A stretch of DNA of 64,000 nt from an uncultured Acidobacteriota bacterium (GCA_963827655.1 CAWHCF010000014.1:86424-150423), one strand, 5' to 3'. Shown: positions 1-10,383, numbered from the stretch's first letter. Numbers and translations: made by a program. Notes: generated from the sequence alone by a model not told the origin.

Positions 1-1
1 G

Positions 2-820
2 GACATCAAGTCGCGCGAAGATGAAATCGACTATGCACAGTCCCGCAAGATACCGATTACCGCCACGAAAGATAAGATCTACAGCGAGGATCGGAACCTC
101 TGGCATCTCAGTCACGAAGGGGGCGTTCTAGAGAACCCGTGGAATGAGCCCAACGAGGACATGTTCGTGCTCACGGCTTCCCCGGAACGCGCGCCTGACA
201 AAGCTCAGTATGTCGAGATCGAGTTTGAACGAGGAACACCGATCGCGGTGGACGGGAAATCTCTGGATCCTGCTCCACTGGTTCAGCGCTTGAACGAGAT
301 CGGGGGGATTCATGGAGTCGGCCGGGCCGATCTGGTGGAGAATCGCCTGGTTGGTATCAAATCGCGCGGCGTTTACGAAACCCCGGGCGGGACGCTCATC
401 GTGTCAGCGCACCGGGAACTCGAGAGCTTGACCCTCGACCGCGCCACCCTTCACTTCAAGGATCTGCTCGCGGCGCAATACGCCGAGCTGGTTTACAACG
501 GCCAGTGGTTCTCCCCGCTGCGGCAAGCTCTGGACGGGTTCGTGAACTCCACCCAGGCGCGCGTCACCGGAACCGTGAGGCTGAAGCTCTTCAAGGGAAA
601 CGTAATCATCGCTGGAAGAAAATCTCAGTATTCTCTCTACCGGGAAGATCTGGCCACTTTCAGCGCGGACACTGTCTACGACCAGAAGGAAGCCGAGGGT
701 TTCATCAACCTGTTCGGCCTCCCCAGCAAAGTCGAGGCGCTTCTCGACCTGGCCGGGGTTCGCAAGACGGATTACCGGCAGCGTCAAAGCCGCTCGCCCG
801 CAAAGACTCTAAGTCGCTGA
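2..820 (+). CDS. argG: argininosuccinate synthase, C-terminal part (5' truncated by window edge)
   Basis: Frame open from base 2 ([12 protein letters not shown]...[18 protein letters not shown]). Motifs [19 protein letters not shown] and AEGFINL are characteristic of ArgG. Confidence 0.97.
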   Translation, partial: DIKSREDEIDYAQSRKIPITATKDKIYSEDRNLWHLSHEGGVLENPWNEPNEDMFVLTASPERAPDKAQYVEIEFERGTPIAVDGKSLDPAPLVQRLNEIGGIHGVGRADLVENRLVGIKSRGVYETPGGTLIVSAHRELESLTLDRATLHFKDLLAAQYAELVYNGQWFSPLRQALDGFVNSTQARVTGTVRLKLFKGNVIIAGRKSQYSLYREDLATFSADTVYDQKEAEGFINLFGLPSKVEALLDLAGVRKTDYRQRQSRSPAKTLSR

Positions 821-877
821 AAGGATCGCCAGGAACCGTTTTTGTTATAATGCCGGAAACTATTTGGAGTGAGGTTA

Positions 878-1204
878 ATGCCCAAGGTCAAATTCCTGAA
901 TCAGAAGACGGAGCTTGAAGTCCCCCAGGGAGCAAACCTGCGCAAGGAAGCCCTGCGGGCCGGCATCCAGCTTTACCCCGGAATTCATAAGTACCTCAAC
1001 TGCCGTGGATTTGCTCTGTGCGCCAAGTGCGCGGTACTGGTAAAGGAAGGCAGGGAAAACTGCTCTCCCCCCGGATGGCGCGAGAGGCTCCGCCTTTTTC
1101 TCAGCTATCTTCCGATTGGCCGCGAGGGGCAGGTACGCCTCGCCTGCCAGACCCAAGTGGTTGGCGACATCGGCGTCGAGACCACACCCAAGCTTAAGAT
1201 GTAG
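878..1204 (+). CDS. 2Fe-2S ferredoxin-like protein
   Basis: CRGFALCAKC...RLACQ cysteine pattern; ATG at 878 preceded by GAGG. Confidence 0.85.
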   Translation: MPKVKFLNQKTELEVPQGANLRKEALRAGIQLYPGIHKYLNCRGFALCAKCAVLVKEGRENCSPPGWRERLRLFLSYLPIGREGQVRLACQTQVVGDIGVETTPKLKM

Positions 1205-1262
1205 GATGTTCCTTCGCGTCTTTGCATTACTACGCCGTAACTTCTTGCTTTTTGGGCAAGCC

Positions 1263-1346
1263 CCTTGGTGTTTCTTCGTGTCTTTGAGTCTTAGTGGTAT
1301 TTGTTAGACAGCTCTAACCACGAAGACACGAAGAAACACTAAGACA
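1263..1346. repeat. REP-like palindrome of the CACGAAGA/TCTTCGTG family (representative copy)
   Basis: CTTGGTGTTTCTTCGTGTCTTTGAGTCTTAGTGG...CCACGAAGACACGAAGAAACACTAAG. Related copies near 2863, 7441, 10309, 17085, 18631, 22166, 22300, 24826, 24976, 32592, 34015, 39756, 43236, 43783, 47642, 51681 and 54788. Confidence 0.9.
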
Positions 1347-1377
1347 CTCGGTTGCGGCCTCACGGCTCCTTTGCGCC

Positions 1378-2610
1378 TTAGCGGTCATCTGGATTCTTCA
1401 ATATTTCCCAGGTTTGATGGGCCGCCTGCTGGAGCGCGGTATCAATATCCATCTCCCCGACGATCGCGGCTCGCACCGACGTCCAGAGAGCGTCTTCGAC
1501 AGCAGGATACTCGGGGAATTTCGGTGGGATCAGCATGTGGTTCTCGACCGTGATTCGCAGCAGGTCGAGCCGGTGCGAATCGAGTGAGCCGGGCGGCGTT
1601 TCAGCCTGGATCCTGGCTTGGATTTCGGACCTCGCCGGAAGGGCGCCCAGTGTCGCCTCCAGGTACTGGCTGTCTCCAGATGTGAGAAACCGCAGCAACG
1701 ACAGAGCTCGTTCGAGATTCCGAACGCTTCGCGGAATTGCGAACGTGTGGCCGCCGGAATAGACGAAGCGTTTTCCCGAAGGGCCCACCGGGTACAAGGC
1801 AACGCCGAACCTGTCAGCGACCTTCGAGGTTGCCGGATTCTTGAACAGGTGGTATCCGCCGGGCCAGTCGGTCGTCATAGCAGCGCGGCCATCGACGAAG
1901 AATTGAGTCACCTCGTCGTAATGCCAGTTCGCAACATCGTGCGGCACGATGCCCTTTTGATAGAGGTTGGTTAAAAGGCCAAGAGCCCATCGGGCCGCCT
2001 CTTCCTGAAAGTTGAGACTGGGTCCTTCACCGAAGAGATCGCCGCCAGCCATCGCATCCAGCTCGAAAAAATGCCCGAACAAACCGGAGAAGCTGCCAGG
2101 AAAGACAAAGCCATACATCGCGGGAGGGCGCGTGAAAAACACCGCGGTGTCCCAGAGTTCGTCCCAGGTTTGGGGAATCCGCAGCTCTTGACCATACCGG
2201 TTTTGATAAGCTTCCTTGTTGCCGGCATCGTCAAAAAGATCGGTGCGGTAATAGAGCAATTTGACGTCGATATTGCGCGGAATCCCGTACAGGCGGCCGT
2301 CGATTCGAGCATGTTCCAGCATAGCGGGAGAGAATGGGTCCAATTCCGCGTTCAACAAGTCGTCGAGAGGCCGCAGAAATTCTCGTTGAGATGGGGCGTA
2401 TTTAGTATGGGTGGAAATCAGATCGTAGCCGGGATCGCGGCCGCCGGCAAAATCGGCCGCCATGCGAGCGTTGAGCGCCGGATGATTGAGCCGCACGGCA
2501 ATGTCAACGCGAGTTCCGGTTTCGGATTCAAACTGTGGTATCCGTTGGTACAGGCGATCGTACATCGGCCCGTCTACAAGCGCGACCTTTAGAATGTTTT
2601 CGTCGGACAT
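1378..2610 (-). CDS. sugar-type ABC solute-binding protein (family 1), no signal peptide
   Basis: Motifs DGRLYGIPRNIDVKLLYYRTDLF, IPQTWDEL and FVDGRAAM. Start placed at MSDENILK because the upstream ORF extension runs through a MITE. Confidence 0.85.
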   Translation of the reverse strand: MSDENILKVALVDGPMYDRLYQRIPQFESETGTRVDIAVRLNHPALNARMAADFAGGRDPGYDLISTHTKYAPSQREFLRPLDDLLNAELDPFSPAMLEHARIDGRLYGIPRNIDVKLLYYRTDLFDDAGNKEAYQNRYGQELRIPQTWDELWDTAVFFTRPPAMYGFVFPGSFSGLFGHFFELDAMAGGDLFGEGPSLNFQEEAARWALGLLTNLYQKGIVPHDVANWHYDEVTQFFVDGRAAMTTDWPGGYHLFKNPATSKVADRFGVALYPVGPSGKRFVYSGGHTFAIPRSVRNLERALSLLRFLTSGDSQYLEATLGALPARSEIQARIQAETPPGSLDSHRLDLLRITVENHMLIPPKFPEYPAVEDALWTSVRAAIVGEMDIDTALQQAAHQTWEILKNPDDR

Positions 2611-2634
2611 GGCTCTCAAATACCACAAATACCA

Positions 2635-2860
2635 AGGGTTCGCGCAGAAATAAGTTCGCATTCTGCTGCAGGCCCCCAGGCCCGCTGGCGAGGCGCGAGC
2701 GACGATGCGTACCCGGTGCGGTACGTGAGGAGCGAGCAACAAAGCCAGCGGGCCTGCGGGCCGCAGCCCGAAGGGGAGCGATACTATGCTACTTAACAAA
2801 CCGGTTCATGATTGCCACCGACCCTTGCGCCAGAATGTGAAGTTATTTCGCGCGACCCTA
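2635..2860. mobile_element. non-autonomous MITE-like element, copy 1
   Basis: About 30-bp imperfect terminal inverted repeats AGGGTTCGCGCAGAAATAAGTTCGCATTCTG / CAGAATGTGAAGTTATTTCGCGCGACCCT. An internal segment of about 80 bp is shared (inverted) with 49054-49243. Confidence 0.75.
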
Positions 2861-2992
2861 GGACTCAAAGACACGAAGAAACACCAAGAAATCACGTATG
2901 AATGTGGAATGATGCTAAGCTTGGTTCGTCCCGGATTGGATTGAACGGGCGCGGCATTCTACCCCCTGCGCCCTTTTCAAAAGACTCTGGAT

Positions 2993-4648
2993 ATGCACGA
3001 CGCCACTGGAGTTCCCTTCCCCAAGATTCCGCACCAGTCCGAGTTGTTTCTCGACTACCTGGCGCAGTCACCCAAGGCGCTGTCTTTCTACCGCCGGCCG
3101 CCAACGGTGGAGAGTTTCGAGCGCGCCGCGCGGGAAGACATTCCCGGAATTACCATCCCCCGCCGCGAGATCGCGGTTATTCTCAGGCGTCAGAATGAGG
3201 CCTACGGCTCCGCCCCTCGGACGATGGATCACATTCAGGAGCTGGAGGAAACCGACTGCGCCGCAATCGTCACCGGGCAGCAGGTGGGCCTCTTCACCGG
3301 CCCACTCTACACCATTCATAAAGCGTTCACAGCCATTCGCATTGCGCTGGACTTGCGTCGCCGCGGCGTCCGCGCCGTCCCTGTCTTCTGGATGGATTCA
3401 GAGGACCACGACCTGGCCGAGGTCACCCGCGTCTCGATCCTCGGACCCGAGTCTGTCCCGCAAACGCTCGACTACCGTCCGCTGCTCTTTCAGGACACCA
3501 ATCAAAACGAAAAGGCGCGCGCCGTAGGATCGATCGCGTTCCCGACCTCCATTCACGAAGCCACCGAACATTATCTGGCTTCACTCGCGGGCTCGCCCTG
3601 GCAGAACGAGGTTCGATCTCAACTACAATCAACCTATAGCCCGGCGTCTACGTTTGCCCAGTCCTTCGGCCGTCTCATGGCACGCCTCTTCCGGGACCTC
3701 GGCCTCGTTCTGTTTGATCCTCAAGATCGCGAGGCAAAGCGCCTGCTCTCCGACCTGATCGAGAGGTCGGTGCGCAACTCCCATCAGATTTATGAGCGAC
3801 TGCTGGCGCGCAACGTCGCGCTTCAAGACTCGGGTTATCATACCCAGGTCAGCGTGCTCGAGAATTCCACCGTTCTCTTTCTGCACGACGAAGGAGAAAG
3901 GAAAGCTCTCACGCGCCTCGACAGCGGATTCGGTCTCAAGAATTCCGACAGGCGCTTCACCGAATCGGAGCTGGCCCGGCTGGCACAGGCCGCTCCCGAA
4001 AACTTCAGCCCTAACGTGCTGCTTCGACCGCTGGTTCAGGATCATCTCTTCCCGACGATCGGTTACGTGGCCGGTCCCTCGGAAATAGCCTACTTCTCCC
4101 AGATCCAGGTCCTGTACGAGCTGTTCGGGCGGCCGATGCCGGTCATATGGCCACGCGCCAGCATGACGTTTCTCGAGCCCGAGACCAGCGCCGAAATGAA
4201 GGCGGCCGGTCTCGCATTCGAGGACTGCTTGCAAGGCAAGCATCACGTCGTGGAACGACTGATCACCGCCAACAACGATTCAAACACCAATCTCATGCTT
4301 CAACAACTTCGGGAAGTCCTGGACCGCGAACTGCAGGAACTGCGACCCGACATGGAGGCGGCTGACTCTTCGCTTGGACCCGCGCTCGAGACAACAAGTC
4401 GCAAGATTTTCCACCAGGTTGAAGCATTGCAGACCAAGTTCATCCATTTCGAGACGCGGCACAACCGGGCCATTCTGAATAAGGCCGACTTTCTCTTGAA
4501 TAACTGCTACCCTAACAAGAACCTTCAGGAACGCGAGCTCGGCATAAACTACTTTCTCGCCCGCCACGGTCCCTCGTTCATGGCGGAGATCTTTGCGCAG
4601 GTGGAGCCTGAGTCATTTGTGCATAAAGTCATTTCGATTGACGATTGA
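2993..4648 (+). CDS. bshC: bacillithiol biosynthesis cysteine-adding enzyme BshC
   Basis: Motifs TGQQVGLFTGPLYTIHK, PVFWMDSEDHD, FSPNVLLRPLVQD, YVAGPSEIAY and LQER; 551 aa. Confidence 0.93.
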   Translation: MHDATGVPFPKIPHQSELFLDYLAQSPKALSFYRRPPTVESFERAAREDIPGITIPRREIAVILRRQNEAYGSAPRTMDHIQELEETDCAAIVTGQQVGLFTGPLYTIHKAFTAIRIALDLRRRGVRAVPVFWMDSEDHDLAEVTRVSILGPESVPQTLDYRPLLFQDTNQNEKARAVGSIAFPTSIHEATEHYLASLAGSPWQNEVRSQLQSTYSPASTFAQSFGRLMARLFRDLGLVLFDPQDREAKRLLSDLIERSVRNSHQIYERLLARNVALQDSGYHTQVSVLENSTVLFLHDEGERKALTRLDSGFGLKNSDRRFTESELARLAQAAPENFSPNVLLRPLVQDHLFPTIGYVAGPSEIAYFSQIQVLYELFGRPMPVIWPRASMTFLEPETSAEMKAAGLAFEDCLQGKHHVVERLITANNDSNTNLMLQQLREVLDRELQELRPDMEAADSSLGPALETTSRKIFHQVEALQTKFIHFETRHNRAILNKADFLLNNCYPNKNLQERELGINYFLARHGPSFMAEIFAQVEPESFVHKVISIDD

Positions 4649-4721
4649 CGATTGACGATTGACGATTGAAAACCACTCAATAGGTTTTTCAATCGTCAAT
4701 CGTAAATCGTCAATCGTAAAT
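4635..4721. repeat. inverted pair of heptamer tandem arrays (GACGATT)n / (AATCGTC)n
   Basis: CGATTGACGATTGACGATTGACGATTGACGATTGA, a short palindromic spacer, then TCAATCGTCAATCGTAAATCGTCAATCGTAAAT. The bshC TGA lies inside the array. Confidence 0.95.
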
Positions 4722-4738
4722 TGATTCGGGGAGGGTCC

Positions 4739-7417
4739 ATGAAACGCGTTTCTAAATTGCGCCCAGCGGCGTTGTTCCTGCTCGCCGGCCTGGCTGTTGC
4801 CGGCTCATTCTCGCGGGCGGGACATCGCAATGCCTATCCCTTGCCCGAAGAGCGGGGAACAGCCGGTATTCTGAACGCGCTCGAGAAGCTGCCGGTCTTC
4901 GTACGCGTGCTTCACACTACGGCTCACCCCGACGATGAGAGCGCCGGAACTCTAACCTGGCTGGCTCGCAGGATGCACGCCCGAACCGCCCTTTTCTCTC
5001 TCACCCGGGGAGACGGCGGGCAGAATGTGCTGGGCGACGAGAAATACGAAGCCATGGGACTCGTACGCACCGGAGAGCTTCTGGAAGCTTGCCGGGTCTA
5101 CGGAGTTGAAACTTACTTCTCGACGGTTTTCGAGTTCGGATTCTCGAAGAGCGCCCAGGAAACACTCAGAGTCTGGGGACATGAAGCCACGCTGGAAGAA
5201 GTGGTCCGGTTCATACGCACCTGGAAGCCGGCGATTGTCATTTCGAAATGGCTAGGGAATTCGAGGGACGGCCACGGACACCATCAGGCGGCCGGATTGC
5301 TGACCGTCGAGGCTTTTCGGGCGGCGGGAGATCCCTCGAAATTTCCCGGCCATCTCCAGCAAGGCCTCCGCGCCTGGCAGCCGAAGAAACTCTACCTGCC
5401 TGCCCGCGATGATAGCGCGGGGGGGAACGGTCAGGGAACGCCGCCGGACGGCACGATACGGATCAATGTCGGGGAGTATGATCCGCTCCTCGGCCGCTCC
5501 TATCGCGAAATCGGCTCCGAAGGATACAGCAAGCATCGCTCGCAGGGGAACGGCGCAAGGTTTTCATTGCCCGGCCGCGGCTTCGATAACTTCAAACTGG
5601 CGGATTCGACCCTTGGGACCGGAGGTAAAGAGGACGGTTTCTTCGATTCGATCGACACGGCCCTCACGTCCATTGCCGGATTGGCAGGACCGGATTCAGC
5701 CGCTGTCCCCTGGCTGGCTCAGGATCTGGCTGCCGCAAAATCAGCAGCGGAGTCTTGTGTACGAGCCTTTCGTCCCCGCGAACCAGAAGCCAGCGCCGAA
5801 CAGGCGGTGCGGGGGCTCGCCATTCTCACCGGCCTGATCCAGAAGGTGGAAAGCTCCGACCTGCCGCGCCCCACAAAGGAGCTGCTGCACGACGCCCTCA
5901 CCGAAAAACGGACCGATTTCCAGGACGCCGTGAACGCCGCTCTCGGGGTTTATATCACTGCTGGAACCGAAGAACCGACCGCAGTGCCCGGACAGGAGAT
6001 CGCGGTGACCGCTCAGGTCTTCAACCGCGGAGCCAGGACCATCGACCTGAAACGCGTCACCCTGTGGACTCCCGACGGTTGGATCTCTTCGTTGCCGGCC
6101 GGGGCGCCGCTGGGAAAAGTTGCACCCGGAGAAAGCGTGTCGTTCAAACATAATGTCCAGATACCTCCTGGCGCGAAAATTACCGAGCCGTTCTGGTATC
6201 GCGAAAACAAAAACGACTCACGGTACAAAACGCATCCGACTCGGAACGTCTTCGCTCCCTTCGATCCGCCCGAAATCACGGCTCAGGCAACCTATCGTTA
6301 CAATGAAACTGAAGTATCGATATCGGCACCGGCGCGCGCTCAGGCAGGCGATCCGATCCGAGGCGTAGATTTCGTGGACTTCCAGGTTGTGCCGGCGCTC
6401 TCGGTAGCGCTGAACCCCGATCTGGTTGTCATCCCGGCGGCAATCGAAAATCAAACTCGCGAATTTCAGGTGTCGGTCGTGAGCAATGGGAAGTCGCCCC
6501 TCCAGGGACAGGTTGAGATTGTTGCGCCTCAAGGATGGAAGGTCGAGCCCGTCTCCGCGCCGTTTTCCCTCTCTCGCAAAGAAGAGTCATTCACCGTGCG
6601 CTTTAATCTCCGCATTCCCCCGGGCGGCAGCGAAGGTAATCACTCCGTGGATGCCATCGCCAGGACGGCAAACCAGGAGTTCCGCCGCGGGTATCGCGTC
6701 ATATCCTATCCCGAGAACTGGACGCGTCACCTCTACTCGCCGGCGCGCGCAGAGGTCAAGATCTTCGATGTGAAAGTCGCTCCCAACCTCACGGCCGGCT
6801 ACATCGTGGGGGCAGGCGACGAGGTGCCGGCATCTCTCCAGCAACTTGGAGTGAAGGTCGAAATGCTCTCGGCGAAGGATCTTGCTTTCGGCGAACTCAG
6901 CCGGTTCAGCGCGATCGTAACCGGCATCCGCGCCTACAACATCAATGAAGATTTGAGGGCCAATAACCAGCGGTTGATCAAGTACGTCGAACAAGGCGGA
7001 ATCCTCATCGTCCAGTACAACACGCCCATGGGGCGCGGGAATTCGCCGTTTCCCTATGGCCCATTTCCGATGAGCAGTTCAGCCGGCGATCGTATTACGG
7101 TCGAGGATTCGCCAGTGAAAATTCTCGAGCCGCAGCATCCGATCCTGTCGGTTCCCAACAAGATTACCATGGCGGATTTCGAGGGCTGGGTGCAGGAGCG
7201 AGGGCTTTATTTCATGACCCAATGGGACAGCAGGTACACGCCTCTGATCTCGGGAAATGATCCTGGGGAAAAGCCCAGTTTGGGCGGGTTCCTGGTAGCG
7301 CGCCACGGGAAGGGATACTACATCTTCACAGGTTACGCCTGGTTTCGTCAGCTGCCCGCCGGGGTGCCCGGCGCTTTCCGAATCTTTGCGAATATGCTGA
7401 GCCTGGGGAAGAATTGA
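4739..7417 (+). CDS. secreted PIG-L/LmbE-family deacetylase with NEW3-like Ig domains and a C-terminal class-I GATase-like domain
   Basis: Signal peptide; motifs AHPDDE, LTRGDGGQN, RTGEL, HGHHQ, SKHRSQG, GWVQERGLYF and FRQLPAGVPGA. Confidence 0.88.
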   Translation: MKRVSKLRPAALFLLAGLAVAGSFSRAGHRNAYPLPEERGTAGILNALEKLPVFVRVLHTTAHPDDESAGTLTWLARRMHARTALFSLTRGDGGQNVLGDEKYEAMGLVRTGELLEACRVYGVETYFSTVFEFGFSKSAQETLRVWGHEATLEEVVRFIRTWKPAIVISKWLGNSRDGHGHHQAAGLLTVEAFRAAGDPSKFPGHLQQGLRAWQPKKLYLPARDDSAGGNGQGTPPDGTIRINVGEYDPLLGRSYREIGSEGYSKHRSQGNGARFSLPGRGFDNFKLADSTLGTGGKEDGFFDSIDTALTSIAGLAGPDSAAVPWLAQDLAAAKSAAESCVRAFRPREPEASAEQAVRGLAILTGLIQKVESSDLPRPTKELLHDALTEKRTDFQDAVNAALGVYITAGTEEPTAVPGQEIAVTAQVFNRGARTIDLKRVTLWTPDGWISSLPAGAPLGKVAPGESVSFKHNVQIPPGAKITEPFWYRENKNDSRYKTHPTRNVFAPFDPPEITAQATYRYNETEVSISAPARAQAGDPIRGVDFVDFQVVPALSVALNPDLVVIPAAIENQTREFQVSVVSNGKSPLQGQVEIVAPQGWKVEPVSAPFSLSRKEESFTVRFNLRIPPGGSEGNHSVDAIARTANQEFRRGYRVISYPENWTRHLYSPARAEVKIFDVKVAPNLTAGYIVGAGDEVPASLQQLGVKVEMLSAKDLAFGELSRFSAIVTGIRAYNINEDLRANNQRLIKYVEQGGILIVQYNTPMGRGNSPFPYGPFPMSSSAGDRITVEDSPVKILEPQHPILSVPNKITMADFEGWVQERGLYFMTQWDSRYTPLISGNDPGEKPSLGGFLVARHGKGYYIFTGYAWFRQLPAGVPGAFRIFANMLSLGKN

Positions 7418-7440
7418 GGGAGTCATGCGTTGCGTCGTAT

Positions 7441-7530
7441 CCCTTGGTGTTTCTTTGAGTCTTTGCGGCTTGGTGGTATCTGTTAGACAGCTCTAACCAC
7501 GAAGACACGAAGACACCAAGAAACGCGAAG
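7441..7530. repeat. REP-like palindrome, CACGAAGA family
   Basis: Near-identical to 1263-1346, including the loop GTTAGACAGCTCTAAC. Confidence 0.9.
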
Positions 7531-7599
7531 CTCTTGACGGAACGTTTGAATTCTACGCTAGACTTTGGCTCCCGCTGGTCTTGACCTGCTGATCTCGTC

Positions 7600-8853
7600 A
7601 TGCTGACACCCATCTCTCGCCGCGGGTTCCTCGCCGCTCTAGCGCAGGCGACTGCTCCTGATATCCGGCGCGAAGTTTTTCTGGCTTCACCCGCCCAAGG
7701 GACCGCGGTCATGGCCTATGCCTTCTATTCGCGGCCGCGCGGCGGAGACATGATCTCGATCGAGCAACGCTGGACGCGCTCGGATACGGTCGACATCGCC
7801 TACATCCGTCGCTCGCGCGACCACGGGCGCACGTGGAGCAGACCGACCGCGATACGCACAGGCGAGCGCCGCCCGGAAGGGATGCTGCGACGCCATCCCC
7901 GTTACGGCTTCGTCGATGCCCGCACGGGCCTCTATCTCGAATTTTGGATCGAGGGGGTGCTGCCTACAGACGATCCGCTCGAGGGTCTGCGCAACTGGAA
8001 TATCTATTACCGGGTTTCCCGCGACGGCGGCCGCACGTTCGGTCCCTCCTGTCAGGTCATTCATGCGGGCGCGGAATTCAATGAGCGCCATCCGCTGCCT
8101 GGCGTGTGGACGGGCAGGAACGCCGCGATGCTCGGCGACATGGCCTGTGTGCCCGTGGCGACCCCCGATGGCCGCATCCTGCTTCCGGTCGAGATCTCAC
8201 CGCTCGGAGCCGACGGCAAGCTTTACAACCCGGCCGGCGGATACACCTATACAGACGCTGCTGTTGTCGGTGGACGCTGGCGGGGCGAGCGCCTCGAATG
8301 GGAAATGTCCGACGTGATCAAAGGCGATCCTGCGCGTTCGACACGCGGCATGGTTGAGCCCACGATCGAGTTTCTCGCCGACGGACGCTTGCTAATGGTG
8401 CTGCGTGGTTCGAACGACCGGCGCCCGGAGCTACCGAGCTACCGCTGGATTTCTTTTTCTTCCGACGGCGGCCGCCGCTGGACAACACCGGAGCCGTGGA
8501 CCTACGACCGGGGCGAGGCGTTTTTCAGCCCCAGCGCCTGCTCACAGTTGCTGCGCCACTCGTCGGGACGCCTCTTTTGGCTGGGCAACATCACCGCGGA
8601 GAATCCGCGCGGCAATCGCCCGCGTTTTCCCTTCGTGATCGGGGAAGTCGACCGGCGCTCAGGCCTGCTGATGCGCTCGAGCGTGCGGACAGTCGACACA
8701 CTGGCGCCTGGAGAAGATCCTGTCCTGTCGTTATCGAATTTCTACGCGCGTGAAGATCGTCGGACACGAGAGATCGCAGTCCACATGACGCGCTTGTTTG
8801 CAAAGCCGGAGGGATGGGCCGGTGACGCATACCTGTATCGGATACGGGTGTGA
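7600..8853 (+). CDS. Tat-exported sialidase-like (BNR/Asp-box beta-propeller) protein
   Basis: SRRGFL twin-arginine motif; Asp-boxes SRDHGRTW, SRDGGRTF and SSDGGRRW. Confidence 0.8.
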   Translation: MLTPISRRGFLAALAQATAPDIRREVFLASPAQGTAVMAYAFYSRPRGGDMISIEQRWTRSDTVDIAYIRRSRDHGRTWSRPTAIRTGERRPEGMLRRHPRYGFVDARTGLYLEFWIEGVLPTDDPLEGLRNWNIYYRVSRDGGRTFGPSCQVIHAGAEFNERHPLPGVWTGRNAAMLGDMACVPVATPDGRILLPVEISPLGADGKLYNPAGGYTYTDAAVVGGRWRGERLEWEMSDVIKGDPARSTRGMVEPTIEFLADGRLLMVLRGSNDRRPELPSYRWISFSSDGGRRWTTPEPWTYDRGEAFFSPSACSQLLRHSSGRLFWLGNITAENPRGNRPRFPFVIGEVDRRSGLLMRSSVRTVDTLAPGEDPVLSLSNFYAREDRRTREIAVHMTRLFAKPEGWAGDAYLYRIRV

Positions 8854-8867
8854 GCCCAGACGCGGAC

Positions 8868-8920
8868 TTTTGGAGTGCCTCAGCTTGCTGCCGCTTTGAC
8901 TTGGCGAAGCTTGCTTCGCC
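8868..8920. repeat. REP-like element (TTTGGAGTGC... family)
   Basis: TTTGGAGTGCCTCAGCTTGCTGCCGCTTT plus the palindrome GGCGAAGCTTGCTTCGCC. A degenerate reverse half (GCACTCCAAA) lies near 56377-56403. Confidence 0.55.
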
Positions 8921-9151
8921 AAACGGCTACGGAATTCGTCCTGAACAGCCAGGGAGTCGCAGACCCTGATGACCCCATCATGAAAATGCGTATCCGATAG
9001 GGCTGGAACATCCTCAGGAGAGCTGGGAACAGGGCAGGAGAAACCATCGGCCGCGGTGGACCTCCTGCAGCCGAGGATCAACGTTGCAAGAACCTACCCC
9101 AAAGTCTTGGCCGGATGCCTATGCGTCACATGCTTTCTTGGTTTCGCGGCC

Positions 9152-10301
9152 TCAGGCGCAGAATTCCAGTCCCGCCGCCAGCACTATCTCAGAGCACTGC
9201 CGCACCGACTCGATATCAACCCACTCCACGACACCATGAAGACCCTCGCCCGTAGGACCGAAAACCACGCTCGGAATCCCAGCGTCATTGAGCAGCGCGG
9301 CATCGGTCCAGAACGCCGAGCCGATGAGCTCCGGTTTCCGTTCCAGCGTGGAGGACGCGCGGCGATACAGCAGCTCAACCAGAGGATGGTCGCTTGCAAT
9401 CTGCATCGGATGGCGCACAAAGGTGGTTCGCAGCGATCCGCTGAATGAGGGATCGCTCCGGGCGACGCGCGTTGAGCAAACCCTGGATCTCGTCTTCGAC
9501 CAGTTTCTGGCTCTCGCCTGGAAGGGTTCGCCGCTCGACCCGAAGCACGCAGCGCTCCGGATAGCTTGACAACTCCTGTCCCCCCTCGATGAGGGAAGCA
9601 TGGAGCGAGCCCCAGCCCAGCAGCGGATGGGGTTGGGTGCGGCGCAGCGATGCATCGAGCGCCTCCAGCCCGACGAGTACCTTCCCCATCTTTGTAATGG
9701 CATCGATCCCGGTCGTGAAGTCGGATCCGTGGGCGGCCACGCCACTGGTTTCAACGTCGAGCCAGATAAACCCCTTGTGGGCCGTGGTGATTCTAAGATT
9801 GGTCGGCTCACCGACGATGGCCGCATCGGCTCGGCACCTTCGCACCAGCGCTTCGGTTCCGGCGCTCTCGAATTCCTCGTCCGCCACGGCCGCCAGGACG
9901 AGATCGCCTCGCAGCCTGTGTTGTCGTATCTCCGCTGCCGCCGCCATGAATGCAGCCAGAGCCCCTTTGGTATCGCAGGCTCCCCGGCCGTAGAGCCGCC
10001 CTTCTCTCACCTCGGGCTGGTGCGGCCTTTCCATGCCGGCCACCCCCACGGTATCGAGGTGGGCGTTGAGCATCAGGGTCCGGCCTCCGCCCGAGCCGGG
10101 GGCGCGGCCAATGACGTTGGCCCGGCGATGGCCGAGATCCTCGACCTCGACTTCGAGTCCGGCGCGCTCGAGCCATTCAGCGACAAACGCGGCGATCGCC
10201 TTCTCCCCGGCTCCTCCCGGCACAAGCCCGGGATTGACCGAGTCAATGGCGACCAGCCTTTCAAGCAGCGTTTCGAGTTGGAAAGCCTGCGTGAGAGCCA
10301 T
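9152..10301 (-). CDS. M20 ArgE/DapE-family deacylase (one +1 frameshift near 9472)
   Basis: NAHLDTV, LYGRGACDTKG, ADEE, VGEPT and GVAAHGS are in ORF 9375-10331. The C-terminal WTDAA...VFGPTGEGLHGVVEWV is in ORF 9152-9826. Confidence 0.88.
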
Positions 10302-10330
10302 TGAAATCAACCGCCAAGACACGAAGACCA

Positions 10331-10364
10331 AAAAAAAAGCCCCTGGCAGACCAGGGGCTTTTTT
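10331..10364. terminator. bidirectional-type intrinsic terminator after the DUF1501 gene
   Basis: AAAAAAAAGCCCCTGG-CAGA-CCAGGGGCTTTTTT. Confidence 0.85.
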
Positions 10365-10383
10365 GGGCGACGGAAGGAATCCC

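Noticed and set aside
2611-2799. N-terminal ORF extensions (also 17098, 25604, 43856, 48103, 49214, 51684, 54820 and 57516)
   Set aside because: They are translations of MITE/REP/heptamer repeats or overlap the upstream gene; downstream starts fit family N-termini better.
4739-7417. Calling the PIG-L protein BshB
   Set aside because: It has a signal peptide and multidomain length, unlike the small cytoplasmic BshB.
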